Assembly: GCF_001194135.2 (NCBI RefSeq)
Contig: NC_068994.1
Span: 38,902,816-38,966,815, forward strand
DNA from: Octopus bimaculoides
Taxonomy: Eukaryota
DNA: 64,000 nucleotides
Direction: 5' to 3'
The position numbers were made by a program, and so were the translations under genes. Below the pieces are notes generated by a model. The model was not told the DNA's origin. It searched no databases and worked only from the letters and a program-made list of their open reading frames with translations. How positions within the stretch are numbered: the stretch's first letter is position 1; every line of letters starts with the position of its first letter. Positions 53,580 through 64,000 of this stretch are shown here, piece by piece.

Positions 53580-54465
53580 NNNNNNNNNNNNNNNNNNNNN
53601 NNNNNNNNNNNNNNNNNNNNNNNNNNNNNNNNNNNNNNNNNNNNNNNNNNNNNNNNNNNNNNNNNNNNNNNNNNNNNNNNNNNNNNNNNNNNNNNNNNNN
53701 NNNNNNNNNNNNNNNNNNNNNNNNNNNNNNNNNNNNNNNNNNNNNNNNNNNNNNNNNNNNNNNNNNNNNNNNNNNNNNNNNNNNNNNNNNNNNNNNNNNN
53801 NNNNNNNNNNNNNNNNNNNNNNNNNNNNNNNNNNNNNNNNNNNNNNNNNNNNNNNNNNNNNNNNNNNNNNNNNNNNNNNNNNNNNNNNNNNNNNNNNNNN
53901 NNNNNNNNNNNNNNNNNNNNNNNNNNNNNNNNNNNNNNNNNNNNNNNNNNNNNNNNNNNNNNNNNNNNNNNNNNNNNNNNNNNNNNNNNNNNNNNNNNNN
54001 NNNNNNNNNNNNNNNNNNNNNNNNNNNNNNNNNNNNNNNNNNNNNNNNNNNNNNNNNNNNNNNNNNNNNNNNNNNNNNNNNNNNNNNNNNNNNNNNNNNN
54101 NNNNNNNNNNNNNNNNNNNNNNNNNNNNNNNNNNNNNNNNNNNNNNNNNNNNNNNNNNNNNNNNNNNNNNNNNNNNNNNNNNNNNNNNNNNNNNNNNNNN
54201 NNNNNNNNNNNNNNNNNNNNNNNNNNNNNNNNNNNNNNNNNNNNNNNNNNNNNNNNNNNNNNNNNNNNNNNNNNNNNNNNNNNNNNNNNNNNNNNNNNNN
54301 NNNNNNNNNNNNNNNNNNNNNNNNNNNNNNNNNNNNNNNNNNNNNNNNNNNNNNNNNNNNNNNNNNNNNNNNNNNNNNNNNNNNNNNNNNNNNNNNNNNN
54401 NNNNNNNNNNNNNNNNNNNNNNNNNNNNNNNNNNNNNNNNNNNNNNNNNNNNNNNNNNNNNNNNA
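53580..54465. other. Largest assembly gap (others: 3464-3473, 10859-10974, 20194-20203, 21929-22008, 26052-26459, 41843-41852, 57570-57917, 62102-62452)
   Basis: N runs, nearly all flanked by (TA)n or (CA)n. Confidence 0.99.
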
Positions 54466-54559
54466 TATATATATATATAAATTGTAAATGCAAAAATAAA
54501 AACAAAAACACAAAGGATTCTGCGGTACACGTGTTTCAAGCTTTCGCTAGCCACTACAC

Positions 54560-54780
54560 ATTACTTTTTTCTCTCCTATTTTCTCTCCTTGTTTCTTTCT
54601 CTTTTTCTCTCCTTTTTTCTCTCCTTGTTCCTTTCCATGTTCCTTTCTCTGGAAGAATGTAGGCTTGTAACGTTAAAGACTTTTTCACTTCTCGAGCATT
54701 ATACTAATACATCTGTTTGTTTTCTACACCACCTGTCTTCATCTTTTGTTTTCTTTTTGTGAATTCTTCCCCTATATATA
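54560..54780 (+). mobile_element. Second Penelope-terminal-like repeat family (shorter copy at 38925-39005)
   Basis: Shared tatactaatac..tttgttttctacaccacctgtcttc..gtgaattct.ccctatatat; upstream degenerate hammerhead-like string. Confidence 0.45.
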
Positions 54781-54794
54781 TATACCTATGTTTT

Positions 54795-54916
54795 AACATC
54801 ATCTCCTTCGAAATAGTCACCTTACATAGTAATACACTGATCCCAGCATTCCTGCAGCTTTTGGAATCTGGCCTAGAAATTGTTTTCCTTAAGCAAGTTG
54901 AGAATTTTCTGCAAAG
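54795..54916 (-). mobile_element. Mariner transposase 3'-end fragment
   Basis: tctccttcgaaatagtcacc corresponds to minus-strand GDYFEGD, a typical mariner C-terminus. Confidence 0.5.
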
Positions 54917-55889
54917 TTGACTTTGGCGGAATTTGAACTCAGAACATCAAGTTAGATGAAATACTGCTTAGCATTTTGTCCGGCATGCTAATGATTCTAC
55001 CATGTTGAATCATTTCCTTTTGTTCACCTTATTCTTTTGATGATATATATCTATCATGGAAACTGTCAATAAACAGAACTGAAAGCGACCATGTGACTCT
55101 TAGTTTACCATATGTGTTACCTCATATCTTAGTTTACCATATGTGTTACCTCTTATCTGGGTTTCCAGAGTGAAGGCCTGGGTTATGAAGAACCTGTTTA
55201 CTGTAAGGTTTACTGATGTGTTTACTCTTACTGTACCAGTCCATTTCAAAATGGAGGGTCTTTCAATAAAGATTCTTCTTGTTATATACGCTGTTCCATT
55301 ACACCCTCTTTACCTCATGGACTGAATGGTGCAAGAGTCTGATTTCATTGAAGTCAATTTTCTTGATCACACCTTTGCTACAGTTCAAGGATCAGTTACT
55401 GGTTACATGCTTTAATAGCAATAAATACAATTTCCATGATGGAAAAAAACAAAATGACAAAATTTTGAAAATAATTATATGAGCAGATTGTGGATCAGAG
55501 AAGGCAAGGATTATCAGTCTCTACAAATATAACTTTCCAAATAAAGAGGACTGCATGTGATAGAAATGGTTATTCACTTGTATTCAGTCTTCTCATTCAA
55601 GTGACTGTCTCTGCTAGATAATGTCTCCTGTTACACTTATTGACATTATGTAGCAAAATGACTAATTTCATTTTATTTTTTATTTTTTATTTATTTATTG
55701 CTTTTAAAAGTTTTGATAGTCATTTACTTTTGAAGAATAAGATTTACTGGTCAAAATTCATGGTGTTATCAGTTGAGGAATTGTAAAGGCCTAGTTATAA
55801 GACCCAAACTGAAAATTTTTCAGAGAATAGCTAATGAGTTTGAAATAAAAATTTGTAATTTGCTTCTTACTAGTAAATTGTTGCTGGCA

Positions 55890-56250
55890 CTCTGTCGCTT
55901 ACAACGTTGCGGATTCCAATTGATCCGAACAACGGAACAACCTGCTCGTGAAATTAACGTGCAAGTGGCTGAGCACTCCACAGACACGTGTACCCTTAAC
56001 ATAGTTCTCGGGGATATTCAGTGTGACAAGGCTGACCCTTTGAATTACAGGCACAACAGAAACAGGAAGTAAGAGTGAGAGAAAGTTGTGGTGAAAGAGT
56101 ACAGCAGGGTTCGCCACCATCCCCTGCCGGAGCCTCGTGGAGCTTTAGGTGTTTTCAGTCAATAAACACTCACAATGCCCGGTCTGGGAATCGAAACCGC
56201 GATCCTATGACCGCGAGTCCGCTGTCCTAACCACTGGGCCATTGTGCCTC
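55890..56250 (-). mobile_element. Young family C SINE with intact tRNA-like head
   Basis: Minus strand tggcccagtggttagg...ggtttcgattccc; CpG-rich. Confidence 0.88.
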
Positions 56251-56289
56251 AACACTAGTAAATTATACAGTTAAGAAAAGACTTTCATT

Positions 56290-56960
56290 TGAATTTTCTC
56301 AAGTAGCAAACATAGATGAAAATCCATAAACATTTGATATTCCAAGCAATAGAGCAACTGATATAAAATGTATTAAACAATTACTGTGAAGAAAAAGTAG
56401 ACACAAAAATTGCCTTATATGTTGTTCAGATGAAACAAAACTACCACCAATGCTGCTAATATTTAAAGAGAAAAGAATGCCAAAGAAAATTTTCTCAGAC
56501 AGGTCTGCTTTCACATACATATAAAAAGTTAGATGATGGTGGTATCCTACTTTGAATTGAAAATATTTGGTCAAAGGATCCAAGAAGTTTATAAAAATCT
56601 TTCTCTTCCCATCTGGGATTACCTTGGAGCCCATAAAATGGAAGAACTAAAGGAAAAAGTTAATGAGTAAAACACAACTGGCTATTATACTTGGCAGTTT
56701 AGCAAGTCCGCTGCAACCACTCAATGTTTTTATTTGCAAACCCTTCCAGACTTTTATGAAAGGGGAATAGAACAATTGGATGCATGAGTAAGATTTTGCT
56801 ATGACCTCTACTCGATGAAGGAAAAGATTAATGCTTGCTCCGGTGTGTATGTGGGTGGAGATTCTGTTGTAAAGAAACAAGGAATGATAAAGCGTTCAAG
56901 TCATTTAAGAAAGTGATATCAATAACACAATGGATGGGACTGAGGATGACATTCTCTTTC
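56290..56960 (+). pseudogene. pogo/Tc2-like DDD transposase fossil
   Basis: ANIDENP*TFDIPSN, CCSDETKLPPML.IF, AHK, TQLAII.G..SPLQPLNV..KPF, NNTMDGTEDDIL; frameshifted. Confidence 0.85.
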
Positions 56961-57474
56961 ATCATGATGTTAGATCCAATGTTTGAGTTTTTTTCTTGTG
57001 GGTTTTGAAACAAACTAAATAATGGTAAACATTTTTTGTATTTTATAGTACTTTCTTATTTTGATGTTTTATGTGCTTTTGTGATTAGAACAATGTACAC
57101 TAAATGTTAAAAGTATCAGATTTGAAATATTTTCTAAGAAGAATCTTTCAAATATGTCTGTAGCTTTTTTTTATTGATACATCTGACATGTCTCATATTC
57201 TGAAAAATACAGCGTATATACGTATACCTAGGAGCATATGTATCTATTTTTCTCTGTATGTCTCAGTACAGTCAAATGTATATCGGTGCATGGTTGTGTA
57301 CATATATATATATGTGTATGTGTGTGTGTGTGTTTGTGTGTGTATTAATGTATATATTCATATAGTTAAGCATGCTATTATGTTCACATGTGTGCATCTG
57401 AATTTAGAAACATACATAAAGACAAACAGTTTGATGGATAGAGATAGATATAAAGAGGTACATACAAAACACAC

Positions 57475-57569
<95 letters not shown>

Positions 57570-57917
57570 NNNNNNNNNNNNNNNNNNNNNNNNNNNNNNN
57601 NNNNNNNNNNNNNNNNNNNNNNNNNNNNNNNNNNNNNNNNNNNNNNNNNNNNNNNNNNNNNNNNNNNNNNNNNNNNNNNNNNNNNNNNNNNNNNNNNNNN
57701 NNNNNNNNNNNNNNNNNNNNNNNNNNNNNNNNNNNNNNNNNNNNNNNNNNNNNNNNNNNNNNNNNNNNNNNNNNNNNNNNNNNNNNNNNNNNNNNNNNNN
57801 NNNNNNNNNNNNNNNNNNNNNNNNNNNNNNNNNNNNNNNNNNNNNNNNNNNNNNNNNNNNNNNNNNNNNNNNNNNNNNNNNNNNNNNNNNNNNNNNNNNN
57901 NNNNNNNNNNNNNNNNN

Positions 57918-57969
<52 letters not shown>

Positions 57970-58236
57970 TGTGCATTTACAAAGTTTTAAAAAAAATTTC
58001 TAGATTAGTCACAATATCTGAAAATATATTTTCTGAAATTAATAATTACTATTTATAAAACTTATTTTATATGCTGATTAACACTGCATGTTGCATGAAG
58101 CTTGTGTTAATTTGATTCGTCAAAAAATTTCTTTTATGTGATAAATAATTTTTCATTTAAGAATATTTTCTCCACACATATGTGTGTGTGTGTGTGTGTG
58201 TATCAGTATATATGAACATGCACACACATAAGCATA

Positions 58237-58484
58237 CAGTAATCCCTAGACTATCGCCGGTGTTACTTTCCAAAGTCCCCAGCAATAGGTGAAAATCCAC
58301 AAAGTAGAAACAGTACTGTACTGTATGTTTATTTTTTATTTTTATAATTTACATATATTTATTTTATTATAAATTCAAAACAACACCATGGAGGAATCGA
58401 CATAAGCTTAAACAATAACCACAATAGGTTAACTGTGATAGATGAACTGTGATACATGAACCGCGATATGGCAAAGGATTACTG
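58237..58484. mobile_element. Tigger/pogo-type MITE
   Basis: TA|cagtaatccct...atcgc...gcgat...aggattactg|TA; 248 bp. Confidence 0.85.
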
Positions 58485-58514
58485 TACATGCATACATATT
58501 TACACATGTCTGTG

Positions 58515-58900
58515 TATATCTTTTATCTTTTATCTGTTAGACTATGGTCATGCTGGGGCACTACCTCGAACCTTTTAGATAAATGAATTGACCCTAGTAT
58601 TTATATTCTTTTTTGTTAAGCCTGGTACTAATCTTATCATTCTCTTTTACCACATGTTAAGTTATGGGGACAGTTGTCAAGTGGTGGTTGCAGACAAACA
58701 AACTCAAAGACATTTGCATAGATAAATATGTACATAGATATATATACAACAGGTTTCTTTCTGTTTCCATCTACCAAAACCACTCACAAGGCTTTGGTCA
58801 GCCCCAGGCTTGTGGCAGAAGACAATTGACAAAGGTGCACACAGTAGAACTGAAGTTGAAACTATGTGGTTGGGAAGCAAGTGTCTTGCCACATAGAAGC
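58515..58900 (-). mobile_element. Family A SINE
   Basis: Reverse-complement homology. Confidence 0.8.
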
Positions 58901-58980
58901 ACCTATACACATATGTTTGTGAATGTATGTATGTGTGTGTATACAAATGTACAATCACACACACACACACACACATAATA

Positions 58981-60246
58981 CAGGGGTTGAACAAAATAAT
59001 GGTAATACCTTAAAATTTCAAACAAATTTATTTTAATATGGAGTAGGACCGCCTTTGGCAGTAATTACAACTTGAATTCTACAAGGTATGGACTCATACA
59101 AAGTTTGAATTGTTTCCGAAGGAATTTTTGTCCATTCTTCAGCTAAAACAGTCTCCAGTTCATGTAGCGATGAAGGCAGAGGATATCTACTCCTTACTTG
59201 TTTTTCTAAAATGCACCATAAATGTTCAATAATATTGAGATCTGGGTACTGTGGTGGCCAGATAAGATGTTCAACTTCACTAGAATGTTCCTCGTGCCAT
59301 TCAGTAACAACTGTGTGAATTGGTGCATTATCATTCTGAAAGATTGTGTTTCCCTCTGGAAACAGTTATGCAACCATAGGATGAATTTGATCAGATAAAA
59401 TGCTTAAATGGTCTTGATTATTAATTCTGCCATGAAGGGAAACCACTGGGCTAACAGATTTCCAAGATATAGCCCCCCAGATCATCTCATATCCTCCTCC
59501 ATGTTTAACTGTTGGAAGAAGGCAGTCTGGGTCAAATGCTTCGTTTGGTTGTCTCCACATCTATACTTGGCCAGTAGTCGGAAATACGGTAAAGGATGAC
59601 TAGTCTGAGAAAATAACATTCTTCCACTGCTCTAGGAACCAATTCTGTTGGTTTTTACTCCACTCTAAATGCTTTGTAACGTTTGCTTTTGAAAGTAGTG
59701 GTTTTCTAATTGCTGCCCTTCTCTGAAATCCAGCTTTGTGCAGCTCCCAGCGAAAAGTTTTTGTGGAAACTGAGTTCTTGAGGTAGTCATTAAGCTCTGC
59801 AGTAATTTTGGGAGCTGTACTTTTGTGATCCTTTTAACAATTCACATATGAGTCCAATGGCTCCTATCTGAAAGTTTTGGTTTTCTTCCGGAGTTTTATT
59901 TTGATGAGGAGGTTTTTCCCGCTTTCCCAAAGGCTATCATTACTTTCAAGACAGTACTCCTTGATACGCCAAAGATTTCGTCTGTTTTCATTATGCTAGT
60001 GTCTGCCATACGAGCACCAACAATTTGACCTCTTTGAAAGTCCGATAGATCTGTCATTTTAATGTGTTTTAATCACCTTTTTCTGATGCTCTCTGAAAAG
60101 AAACAGCAATTTTAGCAAAACATATTAAGCAACACTAATGATAAATAAAAAAACATAAAACTAAACAAGCTTTAGACGGTTTTATAGATATTTCAAAATT
60201 ATGATGCTATGATGCTAGGTGTTTCCATTATTTTGTCCAACCCCTG
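58981..60246 (-). mobile_element. Full-length degenerate Tc1-like (DD34E type) transposon
   Basis: 30-bp TIRs caggggttg.acaaaataatgg.aa.acct, TA TSDs; 1266 bp. Confidence 0.96.
59033..60057 (-). pseudogene. Tc1 transposase pseudogene
   Basis: MTDLSDFQRGQIVGAR, PTVKHGGG..MIWG, IFQNDNAPIH, WPPQYPDLNIIEHLW, AKGGPTPY*; internal stops. Confidence 0.95.
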
Positions 60247-61047
60247 TATATACATGTGGTGTGTATATGTTTGTATATATATATATATATATATCAATAT
60301 GTATATGTATAACTGTATGGACGACAATGTCTGGTGGATCCTAATATATTATGCACATAGCAATTTAAAGCAGCAGAACATATCCATAGGCTCAGGAACA
60401 GGGATACAAGCACATTCCGCACAACTTTTGTGGGTCAATGAAAGTGCTGTGAATGTCCTCCTGAAAAACTTCACCAAAGTGAATGATTGCAGAAGATTGT
60501 GAAACATTACTTTTCCATTATTGGATTAACCTGATTTGATTGATGTACAAATAGAATAATAATAATTATTATTATTATTACTATACTGTGTTTGTTTTAA
60601 TATTAATATTGAACAAACTGATTTTGTGTGTAAAAAATTTTGGATCTGGGTTTGCACTCACTACACAACTTCCATCCCTGCACTTATGAACATACCTCTC
60701 TCTGTCATGATATCTTTGTACTGTGAGGTGAAAATGATGGAAACAAAGATGGTGTGGATTTGACTACTACGAACAATCACTATCTAAACAATTCATGAAC
60801 AGGCATTTCAAACTCTCTTCCATTATATCTGTACTAGTAAGCCCATATCCATGTATAAATGTATTAATGTATGATGCAGTATTCTGATGTATAATAATGT
60901 ATAATGAAAATATTTTGAAATATAATATTTGTTTTACTGATAAATAAAAGTCTTTTAAATGTCAATCACGATTTCATTTAAAAGGAATTATTTCATTTTC
61001 AACTTATGAAATCAGTTCAGACTTTAGGTAGTGTTATGTATTCTGTT

Positions 61048-61278
61048 ATTCTTTTATTTGTTTCCGTCATTTGACGATTTTATAGATATTTCAAAATTAT
61101 GATGCTACGATGCTAGGTGTTTCCATTATTTTGTCCAACCCCTGTACATACATGTGGTATATTATTCTTTGTAAGCCTAGTACTTATTCTATTAGCCTCT
61201 TTTGCGGAACCACTAAGTTACAGGGACATAAACACACTAGGATCAGTTGTCAAGCGATGTCGATGGGACAAACACAGG

Positions 61279-61311
<33 letters not shown>

Positions 61312-61500
61312 ACACACAGACACACACACTCACACACACACACGCACACACACAAACACACACACACACACATATGTGTATATATGATGGAGTTCTTTCA
61401 GTTCCTGTCTACCAAATCCACTCACAAGGCTTTGGTCAGCCTGTAGCTATAGTAGAAGACACTTACCCAAGGTGCCATGCAGTTGGAGTGAACCCGGAAT
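61048..61500 (-). mobile_element. Family A SINE carrying a patch copied from the Tc1 end
   Basis: SINE homology interrupted at 61073-61158 by a copy of 60175-60260. Confidence 0.85.
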
Positions 61501-61680
61501 ATATATGTGTGTGTATATTCAGACATACATGCATACATATGCACATACATATGTATACAATAATCTATTTATGTACACATATATAAATATATATATGTGC
61601 ACATAGATATATAAACGTATGTGTATCTATATATTTGTGTATGTGTGTGTGTATGTGTGTGTTTATATATGTATATACAT

Positions 61681-62849
61681 ATTACAATGAAAAATGCTGG
61701 CGCGAGCATGTTAATATTCTTAAGCTATTATATAGAACAAGATTTCTACAGTAGAATTTGCCTAATTCATCATCTCTAAAGGAGACTAAAATGTACTTAA
61801 AATTAAAATTTTATTGTACTTAAAATATTGCAGCTGAGAATAACATTCTTACAATATTTACTATATTTTATCAAAACAAAAATTATAAAAACATTACTGG
61901 GTTTTTCCAAAAATAAGCCCACCTGATTTTAAGCCTGTGGGCTTATATTCAAAATCTCTTTTCATGTATAGCCCCAGTAATTTTTATTATTTTCAAAAAA
62001 AGTTTATTCAAGCAAAATTATATGTCTGTATTTAAGCCCATGGGCTTATTTTTGGAAAAAGCAGTATTTTAAATATGAAGTAAAATAAAATTAATTCTTA
62101 ANNNNNNNNNNNNNNNNNNNNNNNNNNNNNNNNNNNNNNNNNNNNNNNNNNNNNNNNNNNNNNNNNNNNNNNNNNNNNNNNNNNNNNNNNNNNNNNNNNN
62201 NNNNNNNNNNNNNNNNNNNNNNNNNNNNNNNNNNNNNNNNNNNNNNNNNNNNNNNNNNNNNNNNNNNNNNNNNNNNNNNNNNNNNNNNNNNNNNNNNNNN
62301 NNNNNNNNNNNNNNNNNNNNNNNNNNNNNNNNNNNNNNNNNNNNNNNNNNNNNNNNNNNNNNNNNNNNNNNNNNNNNNNNNNNNNNNNNNNNNNNNNNNN
62401 NNNNNNNNNNNNNNNNNNNNNNNNNNNNNNNNNNNNNNNNNNNNNNNNNNNNACAACTTCATATTTTACTGTTAGTACTTGATACAACTAAATAAAATGA
62501 CTATTTTAATTGAGTATTTCAAAAAACATGATAAAAAAAAATTTTGTTTAAATTTATTTTTGATTATTTTTGTACCACGTTTTTAAACATTTACTTGGTT
62601 TTTAGATTCTCATAGTAAAAAAAAAATAAATTATCTCAAATTTACCTAATATAATGTATTTTAATTTCAAAAATGTTATTCTCTGCTGCAGTATTTTAAG
62701 TACAGTAGAATTTTGATTTTAAGCACTTTTCAGTTTTCTTTGGAGGTGAGGAATTAAGCAAATTCTACTGTAGAAATCTTGTTCTGTACTTTTCCAGGAG
62801 TAATAACTTAAGGATATTAACATCCAGGCACCCACATTTTCATTGTAAT
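61681..62849. mobile_element. Large foldback element with arms of at least 170 bp and a central assembly gap
   Basis: 61681-61850 is a reverse-complement homolog of 62655-62849 (agaacaagatttctacagtagaatttgc core). Confidence 0.8.
61897..62064. mobile_element. Tc2/pogo-type MITE nested in the foldback
   Basis: TA|ctg..tttttccaaaaataagccc...gggcttatttttggaaaaagcag|TA; 168 bp. Confidence 0.85.
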
Positions 62850-63493
62850 CCACTTTCTTTCCAGGCAATGCAATAAAACTAATAAATATTCTTTTGCTAA
62901 AAATATTTGAATTATTTTTCATTGTTGATGATTGAATTAAAATAAGAATGTTCACATATTTTTTCTTAAATTCCAAAATTAAGAAAAAAGTTATGTGGAT
63001 AGGGTTTCGTTGTATTGGCAAATATAAAAATTATTAAAAAGATACAAAAATAGCCAATGCATCCACCATAAAGCACAAGGAGCCACCTGTCTGTTTGCTT
63101 TATCTGAACAGCATTACTAGAAACTTTCAGGTCTGCCCATTGAAAGAAAGAAACAATAACAATATTGTATCATTAAATTTTGAGGAATAAAATTTTTTAA
63201 AATGAAGTTTTCATATATATGCTAAAATTCCATATTATAATCCAATTTTCATAAACCAGTTTAAAACGGCAATTTCTATTGATAAAATATAATCCACTTA
63301 TTTTTAAAAATTCAAAAATAGCCAATGCATCCACTGTAAGGCAGGAGGAGCCACCTGCCCTTGTTAGGGCAAAGTTAGTTTGTTAGACAAAATTCATATA
63401 TGGATAAGTAAATAGATAGATAGATTAAAAAGTAGATAGATACAGATTTAGATAGAAATAGACATATATATCATTTGATATTAATGGTGACTA

Positions 63494-63690
63494 TAAGGTG
63501 GTGAGATGACAGAACCATTAACATGCAAGCTAAAATACTTAGTGGCATTTTGTTGGTCTTTACATTCCAAGTTCAAATTTTGCCAAGGTTGAGTTTGCCT
63601 TTCATCCTTTCAGGATTGATAGAATAAGTACCAGTCAAATTAGCACCTCCCGCAAAATGACTGGCCTTTGGCCAAAATTTGTAATCAATA
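63494..63690 (+). mobile_element. Family B SINE
   Basis: Homology to 18480-18705. Confidence 0.8.
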
Positions 63691-63959
63691 TTAATAGTGA
63701 CTTTATATTTTAAGTTTTACAGTTAAAATTCGTTGAGAAGCCAATTTTGATATTGAAAATTAGAAGTAAGCAGTTATTAACATTATTTTAACTCTACAAA
63801 CAGTATTTCAGTATTTTAATACATATGTAGTGTACTAAGAATGCATATTATACAAGCTTTATATACAAATATGTATGTGTGTGTGTGTATGTGTATATAC
63901 ACACATATGTATAAGTATATCTATACATATATACATATTAGAATATGTATATATGTATA

Positions 63960-64000
<41 letters not shown>

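Noticed and set aside
53483-54554. Longest ORFs (324-351 aa), and similar ones at 25857-26519, 57188-58058 and 62091-62487
   Set aside because: They run through N gaps and dinucleotide repeats; artefacts
55140-55460. Possible exon in unique sequence
   Set aside because: No splice pair gives an open frame in a compatible phase

Overview
AT-rich, microsatellite-dense eukaryotic DNA with 9 N-gaps. The repeat content (tRNA-derived SINEs, RTE, Penelope, Tc1/mariner, pogo) suggests a cephalopod, probably Octopus; this is inference. Almost all listed ORFs are microsatellite or gap artefacts. I found one convincing host exon (minus strand, 39375-39525). It encodes a DSGHGGSE motif resembling a protocadherin cytoplasmic tail, and no cadherin-coding exon lies in the window. 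The rest is intron or intergenic DNA filled with transposon remnants: full-length degenerate mariner and Tc1 copies, pogo/Tc2 fossils, RTE and RLE LINE fragments, MITEs and foldbacks. Most interesting: (1) a Penelope 3' module coupling a tRNA-like Pol III promoter to a minimal hammerhead ribozyme, also mobilised as a head-to-head palindrome with its own TSD; (2) the isolated protocadherin-like exon; (3) several locally templated insertions; (4) a twin-primed RTE; (5) many long inverted repeats. Alignments and identities were judged by eye.
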